Shown here piece after piece: positions 17,116 through 26,095 of a DNA stretch of 49,321 bases. Positions within the stretch are counted from its first letter, which is position 1; the number at the start of each line of letters is the position of its first letter. The position numbers were made by a program, and so were the translations under genes. Source of the DNA: Candidatus Woesearchaeota archaeon (GTDB lineage: Archaea; Nanobdellota; Nanobdellia; SCGC-AAA011-G17; CAYHUI01); contig CAYHUI010000004.1 of assembly GCA_964360175.1 (NCBI GenBank), positions 1 through 49,321 on the forward strand, read 5' to 3'. The notes under the pieces were generated by a model. That model saw nothing but the letters and a program-made list of their open reading frames with translations, was not told the origin of the DNA and ran no database searches.

Positions 17116-17309
17116 TATAATTTTAATTCTTTTTTAAGTTCTTCGTGAGAAATTAATTTTCTTGCTCTTTTTTCTTTTTTATACTCCTCTAAAGCTTCAT
17201 AATCGTCCTTTATCATGATACTATCTACATCTACCATATGGGTTTTTATGAATTTTAATTCTCCCTTAATTGATTTTAATTCATCCATAATTTGTTTTCC
17301 GTTTACCAT
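17115..17309 (-). CDS. Putative cognate antitoxin
   Basis: 64-aa ORF whose stop overlaps the toxin start by 1 nt. Assigned by position only. Confidence 0.5.
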   Translation of the reverse strand: MVNGKQIMDELKSIKGELKFIKTHMVDVDSIMIKDDYEALEEYKKEKRARKLISHEELKKELKL

Positions 17310-17515
17310 CTTAAGCTTATATTTACTTTATTGTTTATAAATCTAACGATTGATTTTCGGACATTTTTAAAATATTAATGTCTTAAAAATAAAAATTTTA
17401 TATTGTTTAAACTATATTTTAAATAACAATTATATATATATATCCTTTAATTATATAAATTACTAATTATAAGGTAATAATTTTTAATAAAAAATAAAAA
17501 GGAAGTGATTATTAA

Positions 17516-18271
17516 ATGAATAAAAAGTTAATTGTCTTAAGTGCTTTTTCTTTAGTTTTGATTTTTGCTGCTGTTAATTCTGTAGAAGCAGTATGTTGGT
17601 TTGGTATTTTGGGTGATTGTGATGTTGTTGGTGCTAGACAAGTTAGATCAGATGAACCATTACCATTTATTAGTATAAATATAGATTATCCAGAAGATGG
17701 AATGATAGTTTCGGGTGTTATCCAAATAACAGCAGTAGCAAAAAGTTCATATCCTATAGATAAAATGATTCTTGATATTATTGGAGGAGAAGAGATATCA
17801 CAACCATTTGAAAATTGTAAAATAAACGAAGATAAAAAATCAATGTTATGTTATAATTTTTGGGATACTTCTAGCTACGCAGGACAATTAGTTAAGTTAA
17901 CAGCAACAGCATATGACGAAAAAGGACAAAAAGCAAATGATAGAGTAGAAGTAAAAGTAATAAAAACTATAGAATATCCAGTTACTTATCAGGGTATTTT
18001 AAATATGTTGAGAGATAATAGTTTTAGTCCAGAAATAGAAGCTCAACCAATTGGTTATTCAACCACGTGCACAGATATTTGTTCTCAACAACACATTGGT
18101 ATAATTACTGCTACTTGCATATACGCAGAAGGAAGCATAACCGAACAAGAAGGAAATAGAGAAATAATCTCATGTAATAGCGAGGTATGGGTCAAGGGCA
18201 AGAAAGAATTTCCACAAGGTTCTATAACAGATTTTAGATGTTGGTGTGCTTATCCTCCAAATTCAAAATAG
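17516..18271 (+). CDS. Secreted Cys-containing protein (signal peptide, Ig-like middle domain)
   Basis: N-terminal signal-like MNKKLIVLSAFSLVLIFAAVNSVEA, with SD ggaagtga upstream. Confidence 0.55.
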   Translation: MNKKLIVLSAFSLVLIFAAVNSVEAVCWFGILGDCDVVGARQVRSDEPLPFISINIDYPEDGMIVSGVIQITAVAKSSYPIDKMILDIIGGEEISQPFENCKINEDKKSMLCYNFWDTSSYAGQLVKLTATAYDEKGQKANDRVEVKVIKTIEYPVTYQGILNMLRDNSFSPEIEAQPIGYSTTCTDICSQQHIGIITATCIYAEGSITEQEGNREIISCNSEVWVKGKKEFPQGSITDFRCWCAYPPNSK

Positions 18272-18294
18272 GAAGAAAATAATTTTTTCTTTTT

Positions 18295-18651
18295 TTAAAT
18301 TTCTTCTACACCTTCTTTAGTCAAAGCAGTTAATCTTATACCGATACCTAATTTAAGTAAAGCACCCATTAAAGCCATATGCTCTTTTCCAGTGCCAGAA
18401 ATGAAATTCACTGCTACCTCACTACCTTTAATATTATCTTTTAATTTTGATTGTATTTCATCTCTTAATTCTCTTAAGCCTTGATTTATATTTACAGGTA
18501 TTAATTCTGTTTTATCATCTTTAGTGAAGTTTTCTTTTCCATAATCATTTGTTATTAAAAATACTTTATCCCATTTCCCGTCAGAAATTAATCTTGATAC
18601 ATGCCCCCAAGTTCCTTTTCCTGTACTTAAACATGCTACTAATTCTGTCAT
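18295..18651 (-). CDS. Conserved hypothetical protein
   Basis: 118-aa ORF with an ACLSTGKGTWGHV N-terminal motif. The family is not recognised with certainty. Confidence 0.5.
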   Translation of the reverse strand: MTELVACLSTGKGTWGHVSRLISDGKWDKVFLITNDYGKENFTKDDKTELIPVNINQGLRELRDEIQSKLKDNIKGSEVAVNFISGTGKEHMALMGALLKLGIGIRLTALTKEGVEEI

Positions 18652-18727
18652 GCTAGCAAAGAAATGTAAGTTCTATATAAAACTTACTATAATAATATTT
18701 AAATATACGATTTTACTTAAATTTATT

Positions 18728-18937
18728 ATGGTTAAAATTTTTAGCAGAAGTTTAATAACATCATTATCATTTTTATTATTAATTATAATAGCTTCAATAA
18801 TTACAAATAATTATAGTAATGAAATTACAGGAGCTGCTGTTAATTTAAATTTAGTACATACTTATAATTTATTAAGTTTAATCATAGGATTAATTTTAAT
18901 AATAATCTTAATTTTATTATATAAAAAATTTAAATAA
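18728..18937 (+). CDS. Small membrane protein
   Basis: Two hydrophobic segments. The internal ATG is chosen because the listed start at 18650 overlaps the divergent gene's start. Confidence 0.35.
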   Translation: MVKIFSRSLITSLSFLLLIIIASIITNNYSNEITGAAVNLNLVHTYNLLSLIIGLILIIILILLYKKFK

Positions 18938-18939
18938 AA

Positions 18940-19395
18940 ATGTCAAAAACAATCTCAAAAGATACACCTTTGGCAGAAATAGTATTAAGACGATATGAAA
19001 AACCTTATTCTGATAAAAAAAGAGATTTAATAAGAAAATTATGTTTAAGTATTGGTTTATTACAACCAGGAGATTCTAGGGATATCATAGTTGATATTTT
19101 ATATGCATTATTAATAGCAAAAGATGAACAAAAATTATTATCAGCAGAAGAAGTAAAAAAACAAGCTATTCAACTTAGACAAAAAGAAAATTTACCTTTG
19201 AAAGGCATTGCAGATTCTAATGTAAGAAGACAGTTAAAAAGATTAAGAGATTTATTTTTAGTAGAAAAAATCCAAAATAATTACAGAATTACAGAATTTG
19301 AAGATTTGTCTAAAATATTTGAAGAAAAAATAGAAAAATTTTATTTGCAAAATATTTTAACTAGAGTAAAAGAATATTTTGATAGTGTTAAATGA
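18940..19395 (+). CDS. Putative winged-helix DNA-binding protein
   Basis: 151-aa conserved-looking archaeal ORF (LRRYEKPY ... RRQLKRLRDLFLVEK). The assignment is tentative. Confidence 0.4.
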   Translation: MSKTISKDTPLAEIVLRRYEKPYSDKKRDLIRKLCLSIGLLQPGDSRDIIVDILYALLIAKDEQKLLSAEEVKKQAIQLRQKENLPLKGIADSNVRRQLKRLRDLFLVEKIQNNYRITEFEDLSKIFEEKIEKFYLQNILTRVKEYFDSVK

Positions 19396-19940
19396 TAATT
19401 AAATTAAAAGAATTAAATGAAAAAGAAATTATAAAGAAAATTAAAAAAGGAGAAATTTTTATTTATCCTACTGATACTATTTATGGAATTGGTTGTGATG
19501 CTACCAATTATAAAGATGTTAAAAGATTAAGAAAACTTAAAAAAAGTAAAAAACCATTTTCTATAATAGTAAGTAAAAAATGGGTAATAAAAAATTGTTT
19601 TGTTGATAAAAAAGTTGAAAAATATTTAAAAAAATTACCAGGACCTTACACTTTTATACTGAAATTAAAAAATAAAAAAGCAATTTCTAGAGAAGTAAAT
19701 TTAAATTCAAATACTATTGGTATAAGAATTCCAAAACATATCTTTACAAAAATAATTTTTAAAGCAAATATACCTTTTATAACAACATCTTGTAATATAA
19801 GCGGTGAAAAATATATAAGAAGTGTAAAAGAAGTTCCAGAAAAATTTAAAAATAATATAATAATAGAAGATGGATTGTTAAAAGGAAAACCTTCTAAAAT
19901 TGTTGATTTAACTGGTAAAATAAAATTAATAAGAAAGTAG
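19392..19940 (+). CDS. tsaC: L-threonylcarbamoyladenylate synthase (YrdC/Sua5/TsaC domain)
   Basis: IFIYPTDTIYGIGCDATN ... KKSKKPFSIIV ... GPYTFIL ... IGIRIP motifs of the YrdC fold. Confidence 0.8.
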   Translation: MIIKLKELNEKEIIKKIKKGEIFIYPTDTIYGIGCDATNYKDVKRLRKLKKSKKPFSIIVSKKWVIKNCFVDKKVEKYLKKLPGPYTFILKLKNKKAISREVNLNSNTIGIRIPKHIFTKIIFKANIPFITTSCNISGEKYIRSVKEVPEKFKNNIIIEDGLLKGKPSKIVDLTGKIKLIRK

Positions 19941-19954
19941 AAAGATTAATAAAT

Positions 19955-20068
19955 ATGCCACAAATTTTAATTTTTAGAGATAGTATTACCTACTGTGCTT
20001 GGGATATAGAAGGTGGTTGGGTATAAAGATTAAGAAAATTTTCAGATAAAAAAATAAGAGAAATATAA
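19955..20068 (+). pseudogene. Remnant of an SGNH/GDSL hydrolase N-terminus
   Basis: MPQILIFRDSITYCAWDIEGGWV*RLRKFSDKKIREI* resembles the ILIFGDSITYGxWDxEGGWVxRL block I of SGNH hydrolases. It differs by G->R, an in-frame TAA at 20024-20026 and truncation. Confidence 0.45.
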
Positions 20069-20086
20069 ATATTTAAACTTTATTCT

Positions 20087-20527
20087 TTATAAATGTTTAT
20101 TAAATTTTTTTTCTAGATAACATTTCAATACTCTTTCACTTGGAAAAAACATTGGTTTTGGTAAATTATCTAAATTAAACCATTTCCATTCTTTTATTTC
20201 ATCTGGTTCTTTAACTTGTGGTTCGCCTTCAAATTTATCTGAAATTAAACCTATAGTTATAAAATGCGCATACTCATTCATATCATTATTTATACATACA
20301 ACTTTAACTTTGTTTATTTTAATACCTGTTTCTTCAAAAACTTCTCTAATAGCACCTTCTTCAAATGATTCTTTATAATCTAATTTACCACCAGGCATAC
20401 TCCAAGTACCTTCTCCTCTTAATTCAGAATCTGCTTTTTCAGGATCTTCATGCCTCTTACCTAAAAGAATTTTATTATTTTTTAACAACATAACTCCAAA
20501 ACCTACACCAATTTTATTCTCTTTCAT
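20087..20527 (-). CDS. NUDIX hydrolase
   Basis: Nudix box GGKLDYKESFEEGAIREVFEETGI. Confidence 0.85.
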   Translation of the reverse strand: MKENKIGVGFGVMLLKNNKILLGKRHEDPEKADSELRGEGTWSMPGGKLDYKESFEEGAIREVFEETGIKINKVKVVCINNDMNEYAHFITIGLISDKFEGEPQVKEPDEIKEWKWFNLDNLPKPMFFPSERVLKCYLEKKFNKHL

Positions 20528-20549
20528 ATTTATTTTAAATTATTTTAAT

Positions 20550-21016
20550 TTATATAATTTTTGTTATATCTTCTAAATATTCTTTCCATACATTAATCTC
20601 TCTTCTAGCTTCTTCTACAGAATCAGAACAATGGATTACATTTTCTACTGGTCTATTTTCAGATATAGCTTTATCTAACGAATCCCTACTAAATATGTAT
20701 CTTATTGTTCCTACAACTGCTTTTGCAGGATTTGTATTACCTATAACATCTCTAAATTTTTTAATAACTTCTTTTTCAACTTCATAAATTGCTAAAACAA
20801 CTGATTGATTTTCAAAATAATCTATCATCCTTCCATAAAAATCTTTATCTTTATGAGGACTATAAAAATCTTCAATTATTTCTCTAGGAACTGAATCGAC
20901 TCTAATTGTTTTTACTCTGCTTGAATAATCTTGTACTAATCCATCTAATGTGTTTAAAACGCTTCCAGCTATATTAACACGACTGGTTTTATCATAACAA
21001 GTATCTGTCCGGTCAT
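20550..21016 (-). pseudogene. ndk: Nucleoside diphosphate kinase-like gene with an apparent 1-nt frameshift near codon 12
   Basis: ATG at 21016 gives MTGQILVMIKP (the NDK LVxIKPD start), then stops after 15 codons. The adjacent frame continues SRVNIAGSVL ... GTIRYIFSRD ... NVIHCSDSVEEARREINVW to the stop at 20550. Total length is 467 nt (3n+2). Confidence 0.6.
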
Positions 21017-21161
21017 TTTAAATTACCTTAAATTGTAATCACTTTTAAGGGGATATTTTATATATAAATATTTTGTTTTTTTAATTTTTAGAAACTTTTA
21101 TAAATGTATATGTAAATAAAATTTATACCCGTTGTTACTACATAAAGTAGGAGGGCTTATC

Positions 21162-21854
21162 ATGGATAAAAATTTAATAATAAATTCTATAAAACAAGTT
21201 AGAGAAAAAACTAAAAAACGTAACTTTAATCAGACATTTGATTTTATTGTTAATCTAAAAAATATCAATATTAAAAAAGAAGGAGAAAAAGTAGATTTAT
21301 TTTTAGTTTTGCCTTATAAAAAAAGCAATAAAAAAGTAAAAGTTTGTATTTTCGTTGATAAAACTTTAGAAAAAAAAGCAACAGGTTTATTCGATCAAGT
21401 TATATTAAAAGAAGATTTTCTTCAATGGAAGGATGATAAAAAATCATTAAAAAAATTAGTAAATAGTCATAGTTTTTTTGTTGCACAAGCTAGTTTAATG
21501 CCTGATATCGCAAAAATTTTTGGTAAAGTTCTTGGTGTTAAAGGAAAAATGCCAAATCCAAAAGCTGGTTGCGTTGTAACACCAGATACTAATCTAAATG
21601 AATTATATGAAAGATTACAAAAGATTATAAGACTAGAAACGAAAATCGAACCTATTCTAAAAATACCAGTAGGATCTGAGGATATGAAAGACGAAGAAAT
21701 ATCAGAAAATATTTTAACAATTTATAATACTATCATACCTACTTTATCGCAAGAAAAACAAAATATAAAAAGTATGATGCTTAAGTTAACAATGAGCTCA
21801 TCCTTCCAAATAGAGGAAACTGAAAAAGCTAAAGTTGTTGAGGTTAAAAGATGA
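21162..21854 (+). CDS. rpl1: Ribosomal protein L1 (uL1)
   Basis: ATG preceded by SD aggaggg. FNQTFDFIVNLK ... FFVAQASLMPDIAKIFGKVLGVKGKMPNPKAG. Begins the L1-L10-L12 operon. Confidence 0.9.
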   Translation: MDKNLIINSIKQVREKTKKRNFNQTFDFIVNLKNINIKKEGEKVDLFLVLPYKKSNKKVKVCIFVDKTLEKKATGLFDQVILKEDFLQWKDDKKSLKKLVNSHSFFVAQASLMPDIAKIFGKVLGVKGKMPNPKAGCVVTPDTNLNELYERLQKIIRLETKIEPILKIPVGSEDMKDEEISENILTIYNTIIPTLSQEKQNIKSMMLKLTMSSSFQIEETEKAKVVEVKR

Positions 21855-22960
21855 AACCCAAAGCACATGTATCAGAAAATAAAAAAGAGGAAGTAAAAGA
21901 TATAACTAATCTAATCAATAAGCATAGTATATTTGGCATAGTTGATATCACCAATTTACCTTCATCTCAATTACAGACATTAAGAGCAAAATTAAAAGAT
22001 AATTTATTAATTAAAACTACTAAAAAAAGATTAATTAAAATTGTTTTGAATCAATTAAAAGAATCTAAAAAAAATATTGGAGAAATAGAAAAATATTTAG
22101 ATAATTGCATGCCTGCTCTGGTTTTTACGAATCTGGATACGTTTAAATTAAGTAAAACACTATTAAAAAATAAATCCAATGCTCCTGCAAAAGCTGGTCA
22201 AATTGCTCCTCGAGATTTAGTAGTGCTGGCTGGTCCAACTTCATTTACACCAGGTCCAATAATTGGAGAATTAGGCCAGATAGGAATTAAAGCTGGAATT
22301 GAAAGTGGTAAAGTTATAATAAAAGAAGATTCTTTAATAGTAGAAGCAGGAAAAGAAATTAATAGTAAAGCAGCAGATATTTTATCCAAGCTTAATATCA
22401 AACCTATGGAAGTTGGTTTAAATCTAAGAGCAGTATACGAAAAAGGTTTAGTTTACTTTGGGGAAATATTAAGAATAGATGAACAATATTATATAAATGA
22501 GATTAAGCATGCAAGTAATGATGCTTTTAGTTTAGCTGTCGGGATAAATTATATTAATAAAGAAACTGTTGAATATTTTATTAAGGAAGCATATTTAGCT
22601 AGTCAAGCTTTGGGTGATGATATGGAAGTAAAAGGTATAAAAATAGAAGAAGAATTTGGAGAAACTAAAGAAGAATCTAAACAAACTGAAGAAAAAGTAG
22701 AATTTATTGAGGAAGAAAAAGAAGAGAAAAACAAAAAACAAAAAAAAGAACCCAAGGAAAAAACAGACATACCAGAAAAAGCTTCAGAAGAAGCAAAAAG
22801 AATATTAAGTTTACGAGAACCAGATAGAAAAGCAGAAATCCCAATGCCCCAGTATTCAGAAGAAGCTGTTGCAAAAGCACAAGAAATTATTGATACTATG
22901 AAAGATGAACAAATTAAAAAAGAGGAAAAGAAATCAAAAAAATTAGATGATGGAGGTTAA
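21851..22960 (+). CDS. rpl10: Ribosomal stalk protein P0 (uL10) with long Lys/Glu-rich C-terminal region
   Basis: N-terminal L10 domain (KKEEVKDITNLINKHSIFGIVDITNLPSSQLQTLRAKLK). Overlaps the rpl1 stop (ATGA). Confidence 0.85.
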   Translation: MKPKAHVSENKKEEVKDITNLINKHSIFGIVDITNLPSSQLQTLRAKLKDNLLIKTTKKRLIKIVLNQLKESKKNIGEIEKYLDNCMPALVFTNLDTFKLSKTLLKNKSNAPAKAGQIAPRDLVVLAGPTSFTPGPIIGELGQIGIKAGIESGKVIIKEDSLIVEAGKEINSKAADILSKLNIKPMEVGLNLRAVYEKGLVYFGEILRIDEQYYINEIKHASNDAFSLAVGINYINKETVEYFIKEAYLASQALGDDMEVKGIKIEEEFGETKEESKQTEEKVEFIEEEKEEKNKKQKKEPKEKTDIPEKASEEAKRILSLREPDRKAEIPMPQYSEEAVAKAQEIIDTMKDEQIKKEEKKSKKLDDGG

Positions 22961-22962
22961 AA

Positions 22963-23253
22963 ATGGAACTTATATATGCAGGTATGCTATTACACAAATG
23001 CGGTCAGCCTATAAATGAAAATAATGTAAAAAGAGTATTAGAAGCTGCAGGAAGTAAAGTTGATGATGTTAAAGTTAAAGCTTTGGTTGCAGCATTAGAT
23101 GGTGTGGATATAGAAAAAGTAATAAAAGAGAGTAAAGTAGTTACAGCTGCACCTGTTGCAGAAGCTAAAGAAGCTAAAAAAGAAGAGAAAAAGCATGATG
23201 AAAAGAAAAGTGAAGCTGAAGCTGCAATGGGACTTGGAGCATTGTTTGGTTAA
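22963..23253 (+). CDS. rpl12: Ribosomal stalk protein P1 (archaeal L12)
   Basis: MELIYAGMLLHKCGQPINENNVKRVLEAAG ... and the conserved tail AAMGLGALFG. Confidence 0.9.
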   Translation: MELIYAGMLLHKCGQPINENNVKRVLEAAGSKVDDVKVKALVAALDGVDIEKVIKESKVVTAAPVAEAKEAKKEEKKHDEKKSEAEAAMGLGALFG

Positions 23254-23265
23254 ATCTTCATAATT

Positions 23266-24147
23266 ATGGAAAAAGAGAGGCAAGATTTATTAAAAGAATT
23301 AGATCTAACTAAAAAAGAGATAATAGAATTAAAAGATCAACTAAATAAAAGTAATTATAATAAGGAAACCTGGTTCAAAAATAAAGAAAATCTTAGAAAA
23401 GAAATTTATAATTCTATTAATAAATTTAAAGAAATTAAGAAAATTAAAGACGAATTTAATATAAATTTACAGAATTTAAAAAAACAAAGGGATAATTACA
23501 ATAAAGAAGTTAAGAATTTTATAGAAAGTCTTAGACAACTTAAAAAGCAAAGAACAGATCTTCTTAAAAAATATAATTTTAAAATAAATCCACTAACCAC
23601 AAAAGATAAGATATTACAATTAGAGCAAAAAATAGAAACAGAAGGTTTACAATTTAAAGATGAACAAAAATTAATGAAAAAAATTAATCAACTTAAAAAG
23701 ATAGCAGAGCAAACAAAAGATGTAGAAAATATAGTAAATGAAATAAATAGTTTATATAAAAAAATAGAAGATTCTAGGAAAAAAGCTGATGATGTTCATA
23801 AAAAAATTAAACAAAATTTAAAACTCAAAACAGATTACAAAGATTTAATTGATGTAACTAATAAAATAGATTCTTTAAAAAAACAACATGAAGATGTGTT
23901 TAAAAAATTCTTAGAATATAAAAATGAATTTAGTAAAATTAACCATCTTTTAAAAGAAAAACTAATTAAGGCTAATTATATAAAATCAAAAATGAATGAA
24001 ATTGATTTAGCTTTTAAATTAAACAAAGAAAAAGAAGAGAGAGAAAAAATAAGTGAAAAAACACAACTTGTTGAAAATAAATTAAAAAGAGGAGAAAAAT
24101 TAACTAGAGAAGATTTAATTGTATTTCAACATTCAGAAAATGAGTAA
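23266..24147 (+). CDS. Coiled-coil protein (archaeal COG1340-like)
   Basis: 293 aa, almost entirely heptad-like K/E/L-rich. It lies downstream of rpl12, as such genes often do in archaea. Confidence 0.5.
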   Translation: MEKERQDLLKELDLTKKEIIELKDQLNKSNYNKETWFKNKENLRKEIYNSINKFKEIKKIKDEFNINLQNLKKQRDNYNKEVKNFIESLRQLKKQRTDLLKKYNFKINPLTTKDKILQLEQKIETEGLQFKDEQKLMKKINQLKKIAEQTKDVENIVNEINSLYKKIEDSRKKADDVHKKIKQNLKLKTDYKDLIDVTNKIDSLKKQHEDVFKKFLEYKNEFSKINHLLKEKLIKANYIKSKMNEIDLAFKLNKEKEEREKISEKTQLVENKLKRGEKLTREDLIVFQHSENE

Positions 24148-24601
24148 TCCTACAATTATAACAATAATCTTAAGTATGTTGCCTATCTCTGAATTAAGAG
24201 GAGCAATACCGTTTGCAATAGCATCTAAAATTCCACCATTACAAGCTTTTATAATAGCTACTTTATCTAATATTATAATAATACCTATAATATTTTTATT
24301 TTTAGATTATATACATAAGTATCTAATAAAATTTAATTTTTATAAAAAAATAATTGAAAAACAAATTGATTCGAAAAAGAGTCAAATAGAAAAAAATATA
24401 GGTACTAAATGGGAATTTATTGCTTTGGCTTTATTTGTTGGAGTACCTTTACCATTAACTGGAGCTTATAGTGGTTGTTTATTAGCATGGTTTTTTAAAT
24501 TAAAAAGAAAACAATCTTATTTAGCAATAATTTTAGGTGTAATCTTAGCTGGAATAATAGTTACATTAGCTAGTATTGGTTTAATCTCTATTTTTTCCTA
24601 A
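24140..24601 (+). CDS. Small multidrug-export-like membrane protein (COG2426 family)
   Basis: MSNPTIITIILSMLPISELRGAIPFAI N-terminus typical of this family. The ATG at 24140 overlaps the upstream stop (ATGAGTAA); the listed start at 24119 is a TTG. Confidence 0.55.
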   Translation: MSNPTIITIILSMLPISELRGAIPFAIASKIPPLQAFIIATLSNIIIIPIIFLFLDYIHKYLIKFNFYKKIIEKQIDSKKSQIEKNIGTKWEFIALALFVGVPLPLTGAYSGCLLAWFFKLKRKQSYLAIILGVILAGIIVTLASIGLISIFS

Positions 24602-25121
24602 AATAACTTTTTTTATACAACTCTTTTAAATCACTGTAGATTGGAATAGATTTAACTTTAAACATCTTAATTAAAATTATCCAAACTAAAAATACATATA
24701 AAGTTGAAACAAAACCCCAGATAAATAAATGTACTGATTCAAAAGCATTAGCCCCATATACTAATAAGATTATAATTAAAACTATTATTCTAATTATATT
24801 AAAAGCTAAAATTAAAATACTTCCTACTAAAAACATATAAATTCTTTTTTTTAAATTAATATCTTTTGTAAATAAAATTAACATCGCTAATAAAAAATAA
24901 GCCATTGTTGCTACACAAGCTTCAATAAAATTTAGATTATATTCATTAATTAAGATTATATTACCAATTAGACTACCTTCAAAAAATAATTTTAAAAAGT
25001 AGTAAACTGGATATATTGTTAAAGGAAAGAATATTCTATAAAAAAGTTTTAAGAAGACAATAGTTATTAATATTGCAATTAAAATTCTTATTATTAATTG
25101 ATGTTCATATTTAAACTTCAT
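24588..25121 (-). CDS. Archaeosortase/exosortase family-like membrane protein
   Basis: Polytopic 177-aa protein with Cys (FIEACVATM), Arg (AFNIIRII) and His (ESVHLFIWG) in the order of the exosortase/archaeosortase catalytic residues. Confidence 0.5.
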   Translation of the reverse strand: MKFKYEHQLIIRILIAILITIVFLKLFYRIFFPLTIYPVYYFLKLFFEGSLIGNIILINEYNLNFIEACVATMAYFLLAMLILFTKDINLKKRIYMFLVGSILILAFNIIRIIVLIIILLVYGANAFESVHLFIWGFVSTLYVFLVWIILIKMFKVKSIPIYSDLKELYKKSYFRKK

Positions 25122-25207
25122 AATATTTTAATATTTAGATTGTTTTTATAATTATCTTTTTTTAAACAAAAACATATTTAAATTAAAGAAATTGTTAATA
25201 AGATGTA

Positions 25208-25777
25208 ATGAAAAAAAATATAATTCATATCGTAATAACTTTAATAATATTAATAATAAGTATAATCTTAGATAAACAAATCACATTATTAATAGCATCT
25301 AACAGATTAAATTTTTTAAATATATTTTTTAAATTAATAAGTTATCTTGCAAGCACAACCGGAATTATAATAATTTTACTTATATCATTACTTTTTGTAA
25401 AAGATAAAAACAAATTCATTAAAAAAAGTTTATTAGTGATACTTACAGCTTTAATAATAACTTGGATATTAAAATTGATTATAGCAAGACCAAGACCTTT
25501 TACAGTATTACAAATAAAAAATTTAATCGAGGTTTCTAAGTATTCTTTTCCAAGCGGGCATGCAACTGCAGCTTTTGCTATATTACCAATTTTAATTGAA
25601 GAATTTAAAAAAATTAAATACGTCTTAATAATGATAGCACTATTAATATTATATTCAAGAATTTATTTAGGAATCCATTATTTAACTGACGTTATAATGG
25701 GAGCTTTAATAGGATATTCATCTTACTTATTTTATAGAGATAAAATAAAAGGTAAAAAGAGAAAAGTAAAATCTTAA
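25208..25777 (+). CDS. PAP2 family lipid phosphatase
   Basis: KLIIARPRP, PSGH and SRIYLGIHYLTDV, the three PAP2 motifs. Confidence 0.85.
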   Translation: MKKNIIHIVITLIILIISIILDKQITLLIASNRLNFLNIFFKLISYLASTTGIIIILLISLLFVKDKNKFIKKSLLVILTALIITWILKLIIARPRPFTVLQIKNLIEVSKYSFPSGHATAAFAILPILIEEFKKIKYVLIMIALLILYSRIYLGIHYLTDVIMGALIGYSSYLFYRDKIKGKKRKVKS

Positions 25778-26095
25778 AATATGCTTATAATCAAGAAAAA
25801 CAACCTTTTTGATTGTTTTTTAAGCTAAAAGTCTTGAAAATAATGTTTTTTACGAAAATAGTTTTTTATAAACAATTTAGAACTATTTTAATATATTATT
25901 CAAGCTTTTTTTATCAAATAAAGTAATAGTTTCATTAATAATAATTAAGTATTTTCTGAGTTATTTAATATTTAAAGAAATTAAAATGATAACAAAAGAT
26001 AAACCAAAAGGTTTATATATAGGTTATAACTATAAAATGATAACAAAAGAGGATGATGGAAGAACTTTAAATTTAATAATTTTGGGGGTTAAAAA

